Position numbers and translations under genes: made by a program | Part shown: in pieces, positions 18,962 through 30,407 of the stretch | Numbering within the stretch: the first letter of the stretch is position 1 | Layout of the letters: each line of letters opens with the position of its first letter | DNA from: Thermomicrobiales bacterium | Lineage (GTDB): Bacteria > Chloroflexota > Chloroflexia > Thermomicrobiales > UBA6265 | Direction: 5' to 3' | NCBI GenBank assembly: GCA_023957115.1 | Contig: JAMLHN010000008.1 | Location: 10,429 to 74,428, forward strand | DNA: 64,000 nt | Notes under the pieces: model-generated | The model's input: the letters and a program-made list of their open reading frames with translations, nothing else | Told to the model about the DNA's origin: nothing | Databases searched by the model: none

Positions 18962-19141
18962 AGTGAATTCTCCTGAATCGTTCGGTGGAAAGTGGGCCCG
19001 CATGGGGCCAAATGACAGCCTGAGTCGTTCGTCTGAATTGCTGTCAGTCGACGAAAGAGGATACCACGCGGCTCTGCGGCAGCCGTTTCGCAATGGGCCT
19101 CCATGACGCGCGCACCACCGCTACAATCCAGCGAGACTCCA

Positions 19142-19873
19142 ATGGCGATTCGGACGGATGAGATATCGGTGGGACGAACCAATGGCGTGCGAGAGATGCT
19201 CCCGGATGAGCAGCCTCGCGAGCGCATGCTCAAGTGGGGATCGGCCCAGCTGAAGACGAGCGAGCTGATCGCGATTCTGCTGAACACAGGGACCGAAGGC
19301 GAAAGCGTCATCAAGCTCGCCGAGCGGATCCTGAACGAAAACGGTGGACTGCGGGGGCTGACCAGGCTCGACTTGGCGGAGCTTACCGCCATTCATGGCG
19401 TTGGACCTGCCAAGGCGACACGCTTGCGCGCGGCGCTCGAGCTGGCGAATCGAGTGGTCGCGCTCGATCCGGATGACCGGATGGTGATCTCGGCGCCCGA
19501 AGATGTGATTCGGCTGGTTGGGCCGGAGATGGCATCGCTCGATCATGAGCAGCTTCGGGTCGTGTTGGTCGATACGCGGCACAAAGTTCTGGCGGTGCGG
19601 ACGATCTACCGCGGGAGCGTCAATCAGGCGCAGGTGCGTATTGCCGAAGTCTTTCAGGATGCGATCCGGCAGAATGCGGCGTCGATCGTGGTCGTGCACA
19701 ATCATCCGTCAGGGGATCCAGCACCCTCCGCGCAGGATATCGCGCTGACGGTCGAGCTCGATCAGGCGGGACGCTTGCTCGGTATCGATGTTCTCGATCA
19801 TCTGATCGTGGGCAGCCATGGGCATATATCGCTCCGGCGACTTGGGCTCGGGTTCCCCAGGAACGCGGGTTGA
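19142..19873 (+). CDS. radC: RadC-family JAB/MPN domain protein
   Basis: It has an HhH-like N-terminal part and the JAMM motif VVHNHPSGDPAPSAQD. Confidence 0.85.
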   Translation: MAIRTDEISVGRTNGVREMLPDEQPRERMLKWGSAQLKTSELIAILLNTGTEGESVIKLAERILNENGGLRGLTRLDLAELTAIHGVGPAKATRLRAALELANRVVALDPDDRMVISAPEDVIRLVGPEMASLDHEQLRVVLVDTRHKVLAVRTIYRGSVNQAQVRIAEVFQDAIRQNAASIVVVHNHPSGDPAPSAQDIALTVELDQAGRLLGIDVLDHLIVGSHGHISLRRLGLGFPRNAG

Positions 19874-19888
19874 GAGAAAGGACCAGGA

Positions 19889-20671
19889 ATGACCAAACGA
19901 GGTTTCGGAATTGCCGCCGCAACCCTCTCGTCGTTGATCGCGCCGTTGGCGACTGCAGCCGAGGCGACCGGCTATAGCACCTTCTGGGTCAACGACACAC
20001 CGGGGTCGGATGGGTTCGAGGCGCTCCGGCTGGCCGCTGAGGCAACGACGTCGATTCGACTCGGGGTGGGCGTCATCCCCATCGACCGCCGACCGGCATC
20101 AGAGATCGTGCAGGCGATCGGGCAGAAAGGCTTGCCGGTCGACCGGCTCCTCGTGGGTGTCGGCGCGGGGGGCGAGCTCTACGGATCGCTCGACAATGTG
20201 CGTTCCGCGGTACAGACAATTCGGGAGCAATCCGGGGCACCCGTTGCCATTGGAGCGCTGGGACCGAAGATGGTCTCCCTTGCCGCCCGCGAAGCCGATG
20301 CCGTTTTGTTGAACTGGCTGACGCCCCGGCAGGCTCGGCTTTCGGCGCGGGATGTGCGAGCGGAGCAAGGGGAGGGCCACCATTGCGAGGTGATCGCCTA
20401 CGTGCGCGTGGCACTGCCGGGCGGATTCGAGCAGCTTTCCGGTGAAGGTGACCGGTATGCGTCGTTTCCGGCCTATGCCAGGCATTTTGCGCGTATGCAG
20501 GCGCAACCGCTGGACACCAGTGCCTACGGAACGAAGGCCGAGATCCAGAATGGACTCGCCGCGTTCGATCGGGAGGTGGATGAAACGGTTGTTCGCGCGG
20601 TCGCGGAGCGGGAAGCGCTCGACGCCTACATGGGCATCCTGACGAGCGCCAAACCGCCCTCAGCCAAATAG
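19889..20671 (+). CDS. LLM-class (luciferase-like) flavin/F420-dependent oxidoreductase
   Basis: The product contains GIAAATL..AEATGYSTFWVNDTPGSDGFEAL..IRLGVGVIPIDRRP, typical of the LLM family. Cofactor and substrate cannot be told from sequence alone. Confidence 0.7.
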   Translation: MTKRGFGIAAATLSSLIAPLATAAEATGYSTFWVNDTPGSDGFEALRLAAEATTSIRLGVGVIPIDRRPASEIVQAIGQKGLPVDRLLVGVGAGGELYGSLDNVRSAVQTIREQSGAPVAIGALGPKMVSLAAREADAVLLNWLTPRQARLSARDVRAEQGEGHHCEVIAYVRVALPGGFEQLSGEGDRYASFPAYARHFARMQAQPLDTSAYGTKAEIQNGLAAFDREVDETVVRAVAEREALDAYMGILTSAKPPSAK

Positions 20672-22051
20672 CTCTACGCGGTTCTTACCAGCCCGTTTTG
20701 CGGTATAGAGGGCGGCATCCGCCTGCTCGACCAAATCGTGTTGCGAGCCGGGCTCGCGAAGCTCGGCGGCGCCAATACTTACGGTAAGCGATGACGAAGG
20801 TAGATCAACGCCGGCGACGTCGCGCAGAATTCGATTGGCTACCACAGCGGCCCCGTCGATAGCGGTTTCGGGGAGGATGACGAGAAACTCTTCGCCGCCG
20901 AGCCGCCCGACCACGTCGATCGAACGGACCGCCGCGTTGATGGTCGACGCGACTGCCACCAATGCGGAATCGCCTGCTGCGTGTCCGAAGAGTTCGTTGA
21001 CGAGCTTGAAGTCGTCGATATCGATCATGAGCATCGAAAGTGGATGCCCGTAGCGGCGTGCGCGGGTCACCTCGTCGTCCAGCCGCTCGTCGATGCCACG
21101 CCGGTTCAGCACGCCGGTCAGCGCGTCGATGCGGCTCTCGCGCGCCTGGTTCCGCAAGGCATTCTGCTGGGAGCGAATCGCCCGGGCGTCGTCGACAGCT
21201 CCGATCGCCAGCCCGATCACTCCAGCGGCCGCCGCGCCGGCCACCGGCCAGCCAAACGGCGTCCCGGCAATTGCCGAGGCGACCACGACCGCTGCTCCGC
21301 CGGCAACCGCAATCGTCGACGCGATCTGATGCACGGGGTTTGACGAGGTGCCGGTGTCGTGGTAGCCCGGGTCTAACCCTGGTCGATCGAGGAGATAGCG
21401 AACCAGGCAGGCGCCGATCAGCAAGGTGAGACTGATCGTGGTCCAGATCCGGTCCTCCAGGGTCGCTGCCAGCCCACTCCCGACTGCGATGGCCAGGGAG
21501 AGGGCGACAAGCGGCGTTCCGAGCGTTCGTCGCCCGTGAATGAGCTCGACTGCCAATGTGATGGTCAACAGCGCGACGATGCTCGCCGCGAGCTGAACGA
21601 CCCAGGTCGGTCGCGTTTGGTCGAGCTGGACCTGGAGTCCGATCGAGAGGATGACGACCAACGCTGTCGCCACCGCAATCGCGGGAGGGTGAGATGGCCG
21701 CCCGCGGCCGGTCGACAGCGTGATGGCGCCCACGACCATGAGTGCCCACGTGGACCCGACAAGGACATTCGAATCCGACGCGAGGAGATCGATCCCGATC
21801 CAGACCAGCGCGGCCGCCAAAAGGGAAAATGTGGCAATCGTCAACCTGATCGGGATCGATCGGCCTGGCGCAATCGCCAGCACGCTACAGGCGATTGCGC
21901 CGGCAGCCAGCAAGAGGTTCTGGCGACCGTCGATTCCAAGATTTGCGCCCGCAACCAATCCACAGATCAGCGCGACCGCGCCCAGCACCGGCACAATGTG
22001 AGCTGGAGTTCGGAGGAGACTGGTCCGCGGAGTCATGTCGATGCTCTGCAC
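20660..22051 (-). CDS. diguanylate cyclase (GGDEF) with a polytopic N-terminal membrane domain
   Basis: About 8-9 TM helices are followed by DALTGVLNRRG..RYGHPLSMLMIDIDDFKLVNE..RSIDVVGRLGGEEF. That gives an RxxD I-site 5 residues before a GGEEF active site. Confidence 0.88.
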   Translation of the reverse strand: MQSIDMTPRTSLLRTPAHIVPVLGAVALICGLVAGANLGIDGRQNLLLAAGAIACSVLAIAPGRSIPIRLTIATFSLLAAALVWIGIDLLASDSNVLVGSTWALMVVGAITLSTGRGRPSHPPAIAVATALVVILSIGLQVQLDQTRPTWVVQLAASIVALLTITLAVELIHGRRTLGTPLVALSLAIAVGSGLAATLEDRIWTTISLTLLIGACLVRYLLDRPGLDPGYHDTGTSSNPVHQIASTIAVAGGAAVVVASAIAGTPFGWPVAGAAAAGVIGLAIGAVDDARAIRSQQNALRNQARESRIDALTGVLNRRGIDERLDDEVTRARRYGHPLSMLMIDIDDFKLVNELFGHAAGDSALVAVASTINAAVRSIDVVGRLGGEEFLVILPETAIDGAAVVANRILRDVAGVDLPSSSLTVSIGAAELREPGSQHDLVEQADAALYTAKRAGKNRVELFG

Positions 22052-22063
22052 GTGCTGGTCGCG

Positions 22064-22420
22064 CTAGTCGGTTTCATCCCCATTCGGCCAGAGATGCGGT
22101 CCGGTATGGAGGCGGTCGCACAGCAGAATCCTGGTCTCGGTTCTCGCAACCTCGACCGGTGGCATGGTTGCGAGCTCAGGACGGCCGATCACCGGAAAGT
22201 CCTTGGGCGAGACATGGGTGACCAGTTGGCAGATGGCATGTTCGAGCTGGTCCTCGAAGCGATAGACCCCTTTTCGCCCGCCGCCTTGCCGCCGGTTGCG
22301 TCCGCGCTGGTGCTGCCCACCGTACGGGTCATGCGCGCCGCCACCCGGTTTGTCGCGGTGTCGCTCATGCGAGCGGCTCTCTTTGGGGTCGGAGTCTTGC
22401 GGGGTGCTCTGGCCGGTCAC
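22064..22420 (-). CDS. hypothetical protein: basic Arg/Gly-rich N-terminus plus unrecognised ~65-aa C-terminal domain
   Basis: The in-frame GTG at 22420 is preceded by AGGAGA. The product is TGQSTPQDSDPKESRSHERHRDKPGGGAHDPYGGQHQRGRNRRQGGGRKGVYRFEDQLEHAICQLVTHVSPKDFPVIGRPELATMPPVEVARTETRILLCDRLHTGPHLWPNGDETD. Third-position G+C is high. The longer track ORF (to 22729) would overlap mreB. Confidence 0.45.
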   Translation of the reverse strand: MTGQSTPQDSDPKESRSHERHRDKPGGGAHDPYGGQHQRGRNRRQGGGRKGVYRFEDQLEHAICQLVTHVSPKDFPVIGRPELATMPPVEVARTETRILLCDRLHTGPHLWPNGDETD

Positions 22421-22484
22421 GGCACTCTCCTGTTCGATCCATCGTTGTCGGCCCAGCACGTCAAGCGGGCAAGATCGTGCACCA

Positions 22485-22493
22485 TGGTACAAT
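22485..22493 (+). promoter_or_regulatory. candidate extended -10 promoter (TGgTACAAT) for mreB
   Basis: TGGTACAAT lies about 88 nt upstream of the mreB GTG. No good -35 is present. Confidence 0.3.
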
Positions 22494-22580
22494 CGCTGGC
22501 TGATTTGGCGTCGGGATTGGGCCCCGATAGCCCCTCGATCGAACCGCTCATTTCGATCGCACGACGTCGGAGTTCCCTGA

Positions 22581-23585
22581 GTGGCAAAGCAAATTGGAAT
22601 CGATCTCGGCACCGCGAATGTGCTCGTATTTGTTCGCGGCCGGGGTATCGTCATAAGTGAGCCATCGGTCGTCGCGATTTCCGCCAAGGATGGAAAGGTC
22701 AAAGCCGTCGGGCTTGAAGCGCGCGACATGCTTGGCCGCGAGCCGCGAGAAACGATCGAAGTCGTTCGTCCTATGCGCGACGGCGTGATCGCTGACTACG
22801 TCGTGACGCAGGAAATGCTGCGCTACTTCATCAACAAGAGCTGTGGGCGCTTTTCACTGGTCCGTCCCGAGGTCATGATTTGTGTGCCTGCCGGCGTCAC
22901 CGGTGTGGAGCGCCGCGCTGTGCGCGACGCAGCGCTGAACGCGGGCGCTCGCAAGGCGTTTCTCATCAGCGAACCGCTGGCAGCCGCGATCGGCGCACGT
23001 ATTCCGGTCGCAGATCCGTCGGGCAACATGATCATCGACATCGGTGGCGGTACCACGGAGGTCGCGGTGATCTCTCTCAATGGGATCGTGGTCGCCCGGT
23101 CGCTGCGGGTCGGTGGAAACAAATTCGACGAGGCGATCACCAACTTCATCAAGCGCAAGTACAACCTGCGGGTCGGAGAGCGCACCGCTGAAGAGATCAA
23201 GATCGCGATCGGGAGCGCAATGCCGGTCGACGAGGATGTGGTGATGGAGGTTCGCGGACGCGACGAGGTCGCTGGGCTGCCACGCACGATCCAGATTCAT
23301 GCCAATGAAATTACCGACGCTATTACCGAGCCACTGGAGGCCATCATCGGCGCCGTCCGTGCGGTGCTCGAAGAGACGCCGCCCGAGCTTTCGTCGGACA
23401 TCATCGATAAGGGCATGATCCTGACCGGCGGGGGGGCGCTCCTGCGGCATCTGCCCGACTTGCTCACTGAGGTCACGGGCGTGCCATGCTATGTGGCGGA
23501 CGATCCGCTCGCCTGTGTGGCGATCGGAACCGGCCTCGCGCTGGAGCACATGGATATCCTGCGCGATAGTCTGGAAGAACCGTAG
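22581..23585 (+). CDS. mreB: rod shape-determining protein MreB
   Basis: The product contains [35 protein letters not shown], with actin-like ATPase motifs. It uses a GTG start. Confidence 0.95.
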   Translation: MAKQIGIDLGTANVLVFVRGRGIVISEPSVVAISAKDGKVKAVGLEARDMLGREPRETIEVVRPMRDGVIADYVVTQEMLRYFINKSCGRFSLVRPEVMICVPAGVTGVERRAVRDAALNAGARKAFLISEPLAAAIGARIPVADPSGNMIIDIGGGTTEVAVISLNGIVVARSLRVGGNKFDEAITNFIKRKYNLRVGERTAEEIKIAIGSAMPVDEDVVMEVRGRDEVAGLPRTIQIHANEITDAITEPLEAIIGAVRAVLEETPPELSSDIIDKGMILTGGGALLRHLPDLLTEVTGVPCYVADDPLACVAIGTGLALEHMDILRDSLEEP

Positions 23586-23626
23586 GGCTCGGAACTTTCT
23601 CTCACATCGTCGTCGAAAGGCTCTGC

Positions 23627-25201
23627 ATGAGACTGGAACGGGCTAGCGGAGTTTTGGCGCATCCCACCTCGTTTCCCGGTCCCCACGGTGTGGGTGACAT
23701 GGGAGCGGAGGCATATGCCTTTGTCGACTGGCTGGCGCTGGCCGGGCAACGCTACTGGCAGGTCATGCCGCTTTCTCCCACCGGCTACGGAGATTCGCCG
23801 TATTCCGGGCTGTCCGCCTTCGCCGGCAATCCATTGATGATTTCGATCGACGGCCTGGCTTTTCTCCGCCTGGATGCCGGAGGCGACTCTCGCGGATTCA
23901 AGGAACACGAAGTCGATTTTCCCGCGGCGACCGCCTTTAAGAACGCGGCACTCCGGCGTGCATACGACTCGTTCCGGGAACGCGGATCTGCCGAGCTACG
24001 GCAGCAGTTCGCCGATTTCAAGACATCGCAGGCTTCCTGGTTGGGGGATTTTGCGTTCTTCCGTGCACTCAAGGATCGATACCGCAGCGTGTCTTGGCAG
24101 GACTGGCCGGACGACGTCCGCTTGCGCGATCAGCGCACGCTCGCCGAGCTCGAGGTGGAGCTGGCCGACACGATCGAGTTTTACTCCTTCGTGCAGTTTC
24201 TCTTTCGTATCCAATGGGCTGCACTCAAGCGGTATGCCAACAAGCGTGGGATTCAGATCATCGGCGATATTCCCATCTACGTCGCGCTCGATAGCGCCGA
24301 TGTCTGGGCGAACCAATCGCAGTTTCGGTTGCATCCTGACGGCTCTCCCGAAGTCGTATCCGGCGTTCCGCCCGATCTCTTTACCGAGGACGGTCAACTC
24401 TGGGGAAACCCGGTTTTCGACTGGGCCGCGATGCAGGCCGACGGATTTGCATGGTGGATCGAGCGAGTCCGGCGTTTGACCGAGCTGGTCGATGTCGTAC
24501 GGATCGACCACTTCCGCGGTCTCCTTGGCGGCTGGGTCGTACCGGCCGGCGACGAAACGGCCCGCGGCGGTCGCTGGGAGCGCGCCCCCGGCGCGAAGCT
24601 CTTTCGCGCGATCGAAGACGAGCTCGGTGAGCTTCCGATCATCGTCGAGGATCTCGGCATCATTACGCCCGATGTCGATGCATTGCGGATCGACCTGGGG
24701 CTCCAGGGCATGAAAGTGCTCCAGTTCGCCTTCGATGGCGATCCAGACAACGCATATTTGCCACATAACTATCAGCGCGACTGTGTCGTTTACACTGGTA
24801 CCCACGACAATCAGACGACGATAGGCTGGTTCCAGTCATGCTCGGATGCCGAGCGATTGCAAGTGCAGACCTATCTCGGTGTCGATGGAAGCGACGTTGC
24901 CTGGGATTTCATCCGGCTGGCATTTCAGTCGGTGGCGGATCTGGCGATCGCTCCCTTGCAGGACGTAATGCGGCTGGGCGACGAAGCCCGGATGAACCGT
25001 CCCGGCATTGCGTTCGGAAACTGGAAGTGGCGGTATCTCCCCCATCAACTGCACGATGGTCTCGCGCGAGGGCTTCGCGAGCTCTCAGGTGTCTACGGGC
25101 GGCTCGACCGTCCAAGAATCGCGCGGGGGTACGATCCCTTTGACTATAGCGCGCCGGAAACAGCGCATCCGTTGTTCGATCGAGACGGTGTTCGATACTA
25201 G
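23627..25201 (+). CDS. malQ: 4-alpha-glucanotransferase (amylomaltase, GH77)
   Basis: The product contains SGVLAHPTSFPGPHGVGDMG..YWQVMPLSPTGYGDSPYSGLSAFAGNPLMIS..RIDHFRG..EDLG..GTHDN. Confidence 0.93.
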   Translation: MRLERASGVLAHPTSFPGPHGVGDMGAEAYAFVDWLALAGQRYWQVMPLSPTGYGDSPYSGLSAFAGNPLMISIDGLAFLRLDAGGDSRGFKEHEVDFPAATAFKNAALRRAYDSFRERGSAELRQQFADFKTSQASWLGDFAFFRALKDRYRSVSWQDWPDDVRLRDQRTLAELEVELADTIEFYSFVQFLFRIQWAALKRYANKRGIQIIGDIPIYVALDSADVWANQSQFRLHPDGSPEVVSGVPPDLFTEDGQLWGNPVFDWAAMQADGFAWWIERVRRLTELVDVVRIDHFRGLLGGWVVPAGDETARGGRWERAPGAKLFRAIEDELGELPIIVEDLGIITPDVDALRIDLGLQGMKVLQFAFDGDPDNAYLPHNYQRDCVVYTGTHDNQTTIGWFQSCSDAERLQVQTYLGVDGSDVAWDFIRLAFQSVADLAIAPLQDVMRLGDEARMNRPGIAFGNWKWRYLPHQLHDGLARGLRELSGVYGRLDRPRIARGYDPFDYSAPETAHPLFDRDGVRY

Positions 25202-25281
25202 CGGTCCGCGATCGCCGCCGTTTGTTCGTCACTAGCATGTTCGGAACCCCAAGCTGAGTTCCTGACCCCGGAGGAGACTCG

Positions 25282-26979
25282 ATGAGCAAAGTCGGTGGTT
25301 TCACCTTCGTGCTCCATTCGCATTTGCCGTATGCCCGCCAGGCCGGTATGTGGCCCCACGGCGAGGAATGGGTGCATGAAGCCATTGCCGAAACCTATCT
25401 TCCCCTGCTGAACGCCCTTTACGACCTGAAGGACGACGGGGTTGTCTTCAAGCTCACGATCGGCGTTACGCCGATCCTGGGGGAGCAACTCTCCGACCCA
25501 ACGATCATCGAGCATTTCGTGAGCTATGCGGCCGAGCGATCGGCGTGGGCCGAGGACGACATCGAGCGATTCGAACAGTCGCAAGAACCCGGCCTCCGTG
25601 ACCTGGCACGGTACTACCATCACTTTTACGCGCGGGCGCTCACATCGTTTCAGGACCGATTCAAGAGCGACTTGCTCGGCGCGCTCGCTCAGCTTCAGGA
25701 TGAGGGATATATCGAGATCGCCACCTCGGCGGCAACGCATGGCTACTTGCCGTTGCTCTCGCGTGATTCGTCGATCAGCGGTCAGTTGGCGACTGGCGTC
25801 AAGGCATACGAGCGCCGGTTTGGCGCAAAGCCGAAATCGATCTGGCTGCCGGAATGCGCCTACCGTCCTGCCTATATCGAATCGACGCCGGAGGGCGATA
25901 TCCGCCGGCCCGGCCTGGAGAACTTCCTGGCAAGGTACGGACTCGAAACCTTCTTCAGCGAAACGCATTCGGTCGAAGGCGGAAACCCGGTGGGGAAGGC
26001 TGCCGGTGAAGCGATCGGGCCGTACGGCGCCGTAACGCGGCACTATTCGCCTGAGCTGGAAGTGCACGAAATCGATGAGCCAAGAACCACGTTCCAGCCC
26101 TATTGGGTGGGCGATGAACCGGGGAAGGTGGCGGTACTGGCGCGGAACAACGACACGGGGCAGCAAGTCTGGTCGGCAACCTTCGGCTATCCGGGCGACT
26201 ACTGGTATCGGGAGTTCCACAAAAAAGATGCGACTTCAGGACTCCAGTACTGGCGCGTTGGCGGAAGTGGGCTGGATCTTGCGTTCAAACCGCTTTACGA
26301 GCCGCAGCGCGCGTCTGAGCGCGTGGAGGAGCATGCTGAGCACTATGTGTCGCTTGTTCGCCGACTGCTCGTTGAGTACTACGACGCACATGGACACTAC
26401 GGCGTCATCAGCGCCGCCTATGACACGGAGCTCTTTGGGCATTGGTGGTTCGAAGGGGTCGACTGGTTGAAGTCGGTCCTGCGCCGGTTGGCGGCCGCTC
26501 CCGAGATCGAGCTGACGACAGCGAACCAGATCGTGACCGAGCATCCGCCGGATCGCGTGCTGGCCCTCCCGGAGAGTAGCTGGGGCGCTGGGGGCGGTCA
26601 CTTCACGTGGCTGAACTCCGAAACCCAATGGATGTGGCCCCAGATCAACAGGGCCGAGGTCCGAATGGAAACGCTGGTGGCATCGTCGACCGGAGCCATT
26701 GGCGCCGAGCGCGAGTTCCTGAATCAAGCGGCACGTGAGCTTCTGCTGCTGGAGAGCAGCGACTGGCCATTTCTTGTGACCACCGGACAGGCGCGCGAGT
26801 ATGCGGTTGAACGGTTCGATGATCACCTGAAGCGGTTTCACCAACTGGCGGAGATCATCGAGCTCGGCAAGACCGAGGAGCCAGAATCGGTCAAGTTCCT
26901 GCGCGAGTTGCAGGATCGGGACAACCCCTTCCCGTTCATCGACTATCACGACTTCAGGGCGCACCAGGGCAGCGTCTGA
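25282..26979 (+). CDS. GH57-family 1,4-alpha-glucan branching enzyme (GH57 catalytic domain plus DUF1957-like C-terminus)
   Basis: The product contains FTFVLHSHLPYARQAGMWPHGEEWVHEAIAETYLPLL..WLPECAY..YDTELFGHWWFEG, as in characterised Thermus/Thermococcus GH57 branching enzymes. Confidence 0.85.
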   Translation: MSKVGGFTFVLHSHLPYARQAGMWPHGEEWVHEAIAETYLPLLNALYDLKDDGVVFKLTIGVTPILGEQLSDPTIIEHFVSYAAERSAWAEDDIERFEQSQEPGLRDLARYYHHFYARALTSFQDRFKSDLLGALAQLQDEGYIEIATSAATHGYLPLLSRDSSISGQLATGVKAYERRFGAKPKSIWLPECAYRPAYIESTPEGDIRRPGLENFLARYGLETFFSETHSVEGGNPVGKAAGEAIGPYGAVTRHYSPELEVHEIDEPRTTFQPYWVGDEPGKVAVLARNNDTGQQVWSATFGYPGDYWYREFHKKDATSGLQYWRVGGSGLDLAFKPLYEPQRASERVEEHAEHYVSLVRRLLVEYYDAHGHYGVISAAYDTELFGHWWFEGVDWLKSVLRRLAAAPEIELTTANQIVTEHPPDRVLALPESSWGAGGGHFTWLNSETQWMWPQINRAEVRMETLVASSTGAIGAEREFLNQAARELLLLESSDWPFLVTTGQAREYAVERFDDHLKRFHQLAEIIELGKTEEPESVKFLRELQDRDNPFPFIDYHDFRAHQGSV

Positions 26980-27195
26980 GCGCGTTCCGGGGACGCGTCC
27001 CCAGATGCGGGTTCGTCTCGTAGTAGCGCCGCCAGCGATGGCGATGCAACGGCGCGGCGATGGGTGCGCCTGTTGTAGATCGAGCTCCAACACAGAGTCC
27101 GGGCAATGCTCGGCGAGAGCGGTGACGAACCAATCGTGTCCCGACCTCATCCTGTTCACCCGGATTCGGCATAAGGATGGTTGCGGCTGGCCGTG

Positions 27196-28635
27196 TTAGC
27201 CAATGCTGTCGAGCGGCAGCCACGCCCAATCGGGTCGGCTGCTGAGCTCGTACCGCACCTCGTAGAACGCCTTGTCGGTTTCGAGCGTCCGTAGAACCTC
27301 CAGGAAGGCACTCTCTTCTTCCGGGGCAATCGGGATCGGGGACGCGGCAATGGCGGTTCGATACGCAGCGAGGAATCGCTGGCGGGCGTCTCGTTCCCAG
27401 TCTTCGAGCCAGGCGCGGGATACCGCGTCTGCCTGGACATCGTGCGAGCTGGCAACGACGCCGGTCGCGTAACTCATCGAGCGCAGCATCCCGGCGACGT
27501 CTTTGAGTGGGGAGTACTTGGCCTCGCGTTCGAAGGCGGGTCGTTGCGGCTCGCCTTCGAAGTCGACGACCAACAGCCTGCCGTCCTTGGTGACCAGGAC
27601 TTGCCCCAGGTGAAAGTCGCCATGGACGCGTGTCTTGTGGAGTCCGTCGAGCAAGGTATATCCATGCGCGCGTTCGTCCCACATACGCGGGCGATCCAGG
27701 TACTCGCGGGCTGCCTGCCGGGAGCGGTCCGGCAGGCGATCGAGGCGCTCGCCCGTGATCCAGTCGGTCTCCTCGGCCGACTTCAGAAAGCCTGTTCGCC
27801 AGAATGCAATGTCGTTGGCGGTGATCGGCTCGGGGCGGAGAATCGAGCCCTCGGGAGCCGCCGCGAGCGCCACATGCATTTCACCCGTGACGCGCCCCAA
27901 TCCTTCGGCGAACTCGAGCGATCCGTCCGCCCCGCGGCGCAACACATCGGTCAACGCCGTCCAGCAATCGCGATGATCGCCGACATGCTGCTGCACCAGT
28001 GCCAACGGGATGGCGCCGTCGGAATTGCGATAGGTGGCCGCGCCGATCAGTTTGGGCACCCATGGGAACCGGGCCTCGCTGGCGAGATAGCGGTTCATAT
28101 CGACCTCGATGTTCTGCCCCACCTCCAGCCGCCGGTAGATCTTGGCGATGACCTCATGCCCGTAAACGATCGACGAGTTGCTTTGCTCGAACGCGGTTGT
28201 TTCGGAGACGACATTCGGATCGAGCGCGTATGGGGTTCCGTCCAGTGTCCACGGTTCGAAGACATAGGTTCCATGGCTACCGTGAAGCCTCATGCCCCGT
28301 CCTGCTTCGATCAGAAATTCCCGAAATGCTGCGTCAGACACGGCATCCTGAATCCAGACAGCCCCGTCGGGATGGTCGACGAATGCGATGAGCGACGACT
28401 CCGGGCCCGGTTCGCGTTGGAGCGCGATGGGCACGAAGTAGCGGCGCGAATCACCGATCTCGTAGTCGATCGATATCAGGCCGAGCAGCAGTTCCCCCTG
28501 CTCTGACGGAACTCGCGCAAGATCGAGCGTACCGACCGTGCGTATCGGGCGCAGCTTGTCCGCGTACCAGCGTTGGCGCTCCAGATACGATGGCAGACCG
28601 GAGACGATCGCTTGCCACACAACGTCATCGAACAC
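27196..28635 (-). CDS. mak: maltokinase (maltose 1-phosphate-forming; Pep2/Mak)
   Basis: The aminoglycoside-phosphotransferase-like catalytic region is VHGDFHLGQVLVTKDGRLLVVDFEGEP. The N-terminal part is LPSYLERQRWYADK. I propose the GTG start at 28635 (GGTGGAG upstream), 20 nt after the treS stop. Confidence 0.85.
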   Translation of the reverse strand: MFDDVVWQAIVSGLPSYLERQRWYADKLRPIRTVGTLDLARVPSEQGELLLGLISIDYEIGDSRRYFVPIALQREPGPESSLIAFVDHPDGAVWIQDAVSDAAFREFLIEAGRGMRLHGSHGTYVFEPWTLDGTPYALDPNVVSETTAFEQSNSSIVYGHEVIAKIYRRLEVGQNIEVDMNRYLASEARFPWVPKLIGAATYRNSDGAIPLALVQQHVGDHRDCWTALTDVLRRGADGSLEFAEGLGRVTGEMHVALAAAPEGSILRPEPITANDIAFWRTGFLKSAEETDWITGERLDRLPDRSRQAAREYLDRPRMWDERAHGYTLLDGLHKTRVHGDFHLGQVLVTKDGRLLVVDFEGEPQRPAFEREAKYSPLKDVAGMLRSMSYATGVVASSHDVQADAVSRAWLEDWERDARQRFLAAYRTAIAASPIPIAPEEESAFLEVLRTLETDKAFYEVRYELSSRPDWAWLPLDSIG

Positions 28636-28655
28636 GGGGCGACTCCACCGCGGGA

Positions 28656-30311
<1,656 letters not shown>

Positions 30312-30407
30312 CGAATCTGTGCTTCTCCTCAAAGCCGGCAAGCGGCGGAACGACCCGCGTGCGCGAAGAGTAGAGCTTTTCCGATCCGACTGTTGGCCGG
30401 CATTCGC

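Noticed and set aside
17621-18976. A 451-aa plus-strand ORF across ffh/ftsY. Similar long antisense ORFs occur at 25198-26220, 29376-30737, 51478-52725, 54081-54887, 60699-61694 and 61758-62930.
   Set aside because: Each lies opposite a confidently identified gene and has Arg/Asp/Gly-rich composition with no motifs. They are shadow ORFs.
26980-27195. A 216-nt convergent spacer between the GH57 gene and mak. It contains the perfect palindrome GGGGACGCGTCCCC (26989-27002) and small ORFs (27005-27199 plus strand; the N-terminus of 26236-27159 minus strand).
   Set aside because: The ORF products have no recognisable features or start signals. The palindrome lacks a U-tract and its loop is too small for a classic terminator. 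It may be a weak terminator or a restriction-type palindrome, but it is not supportable as a gene.
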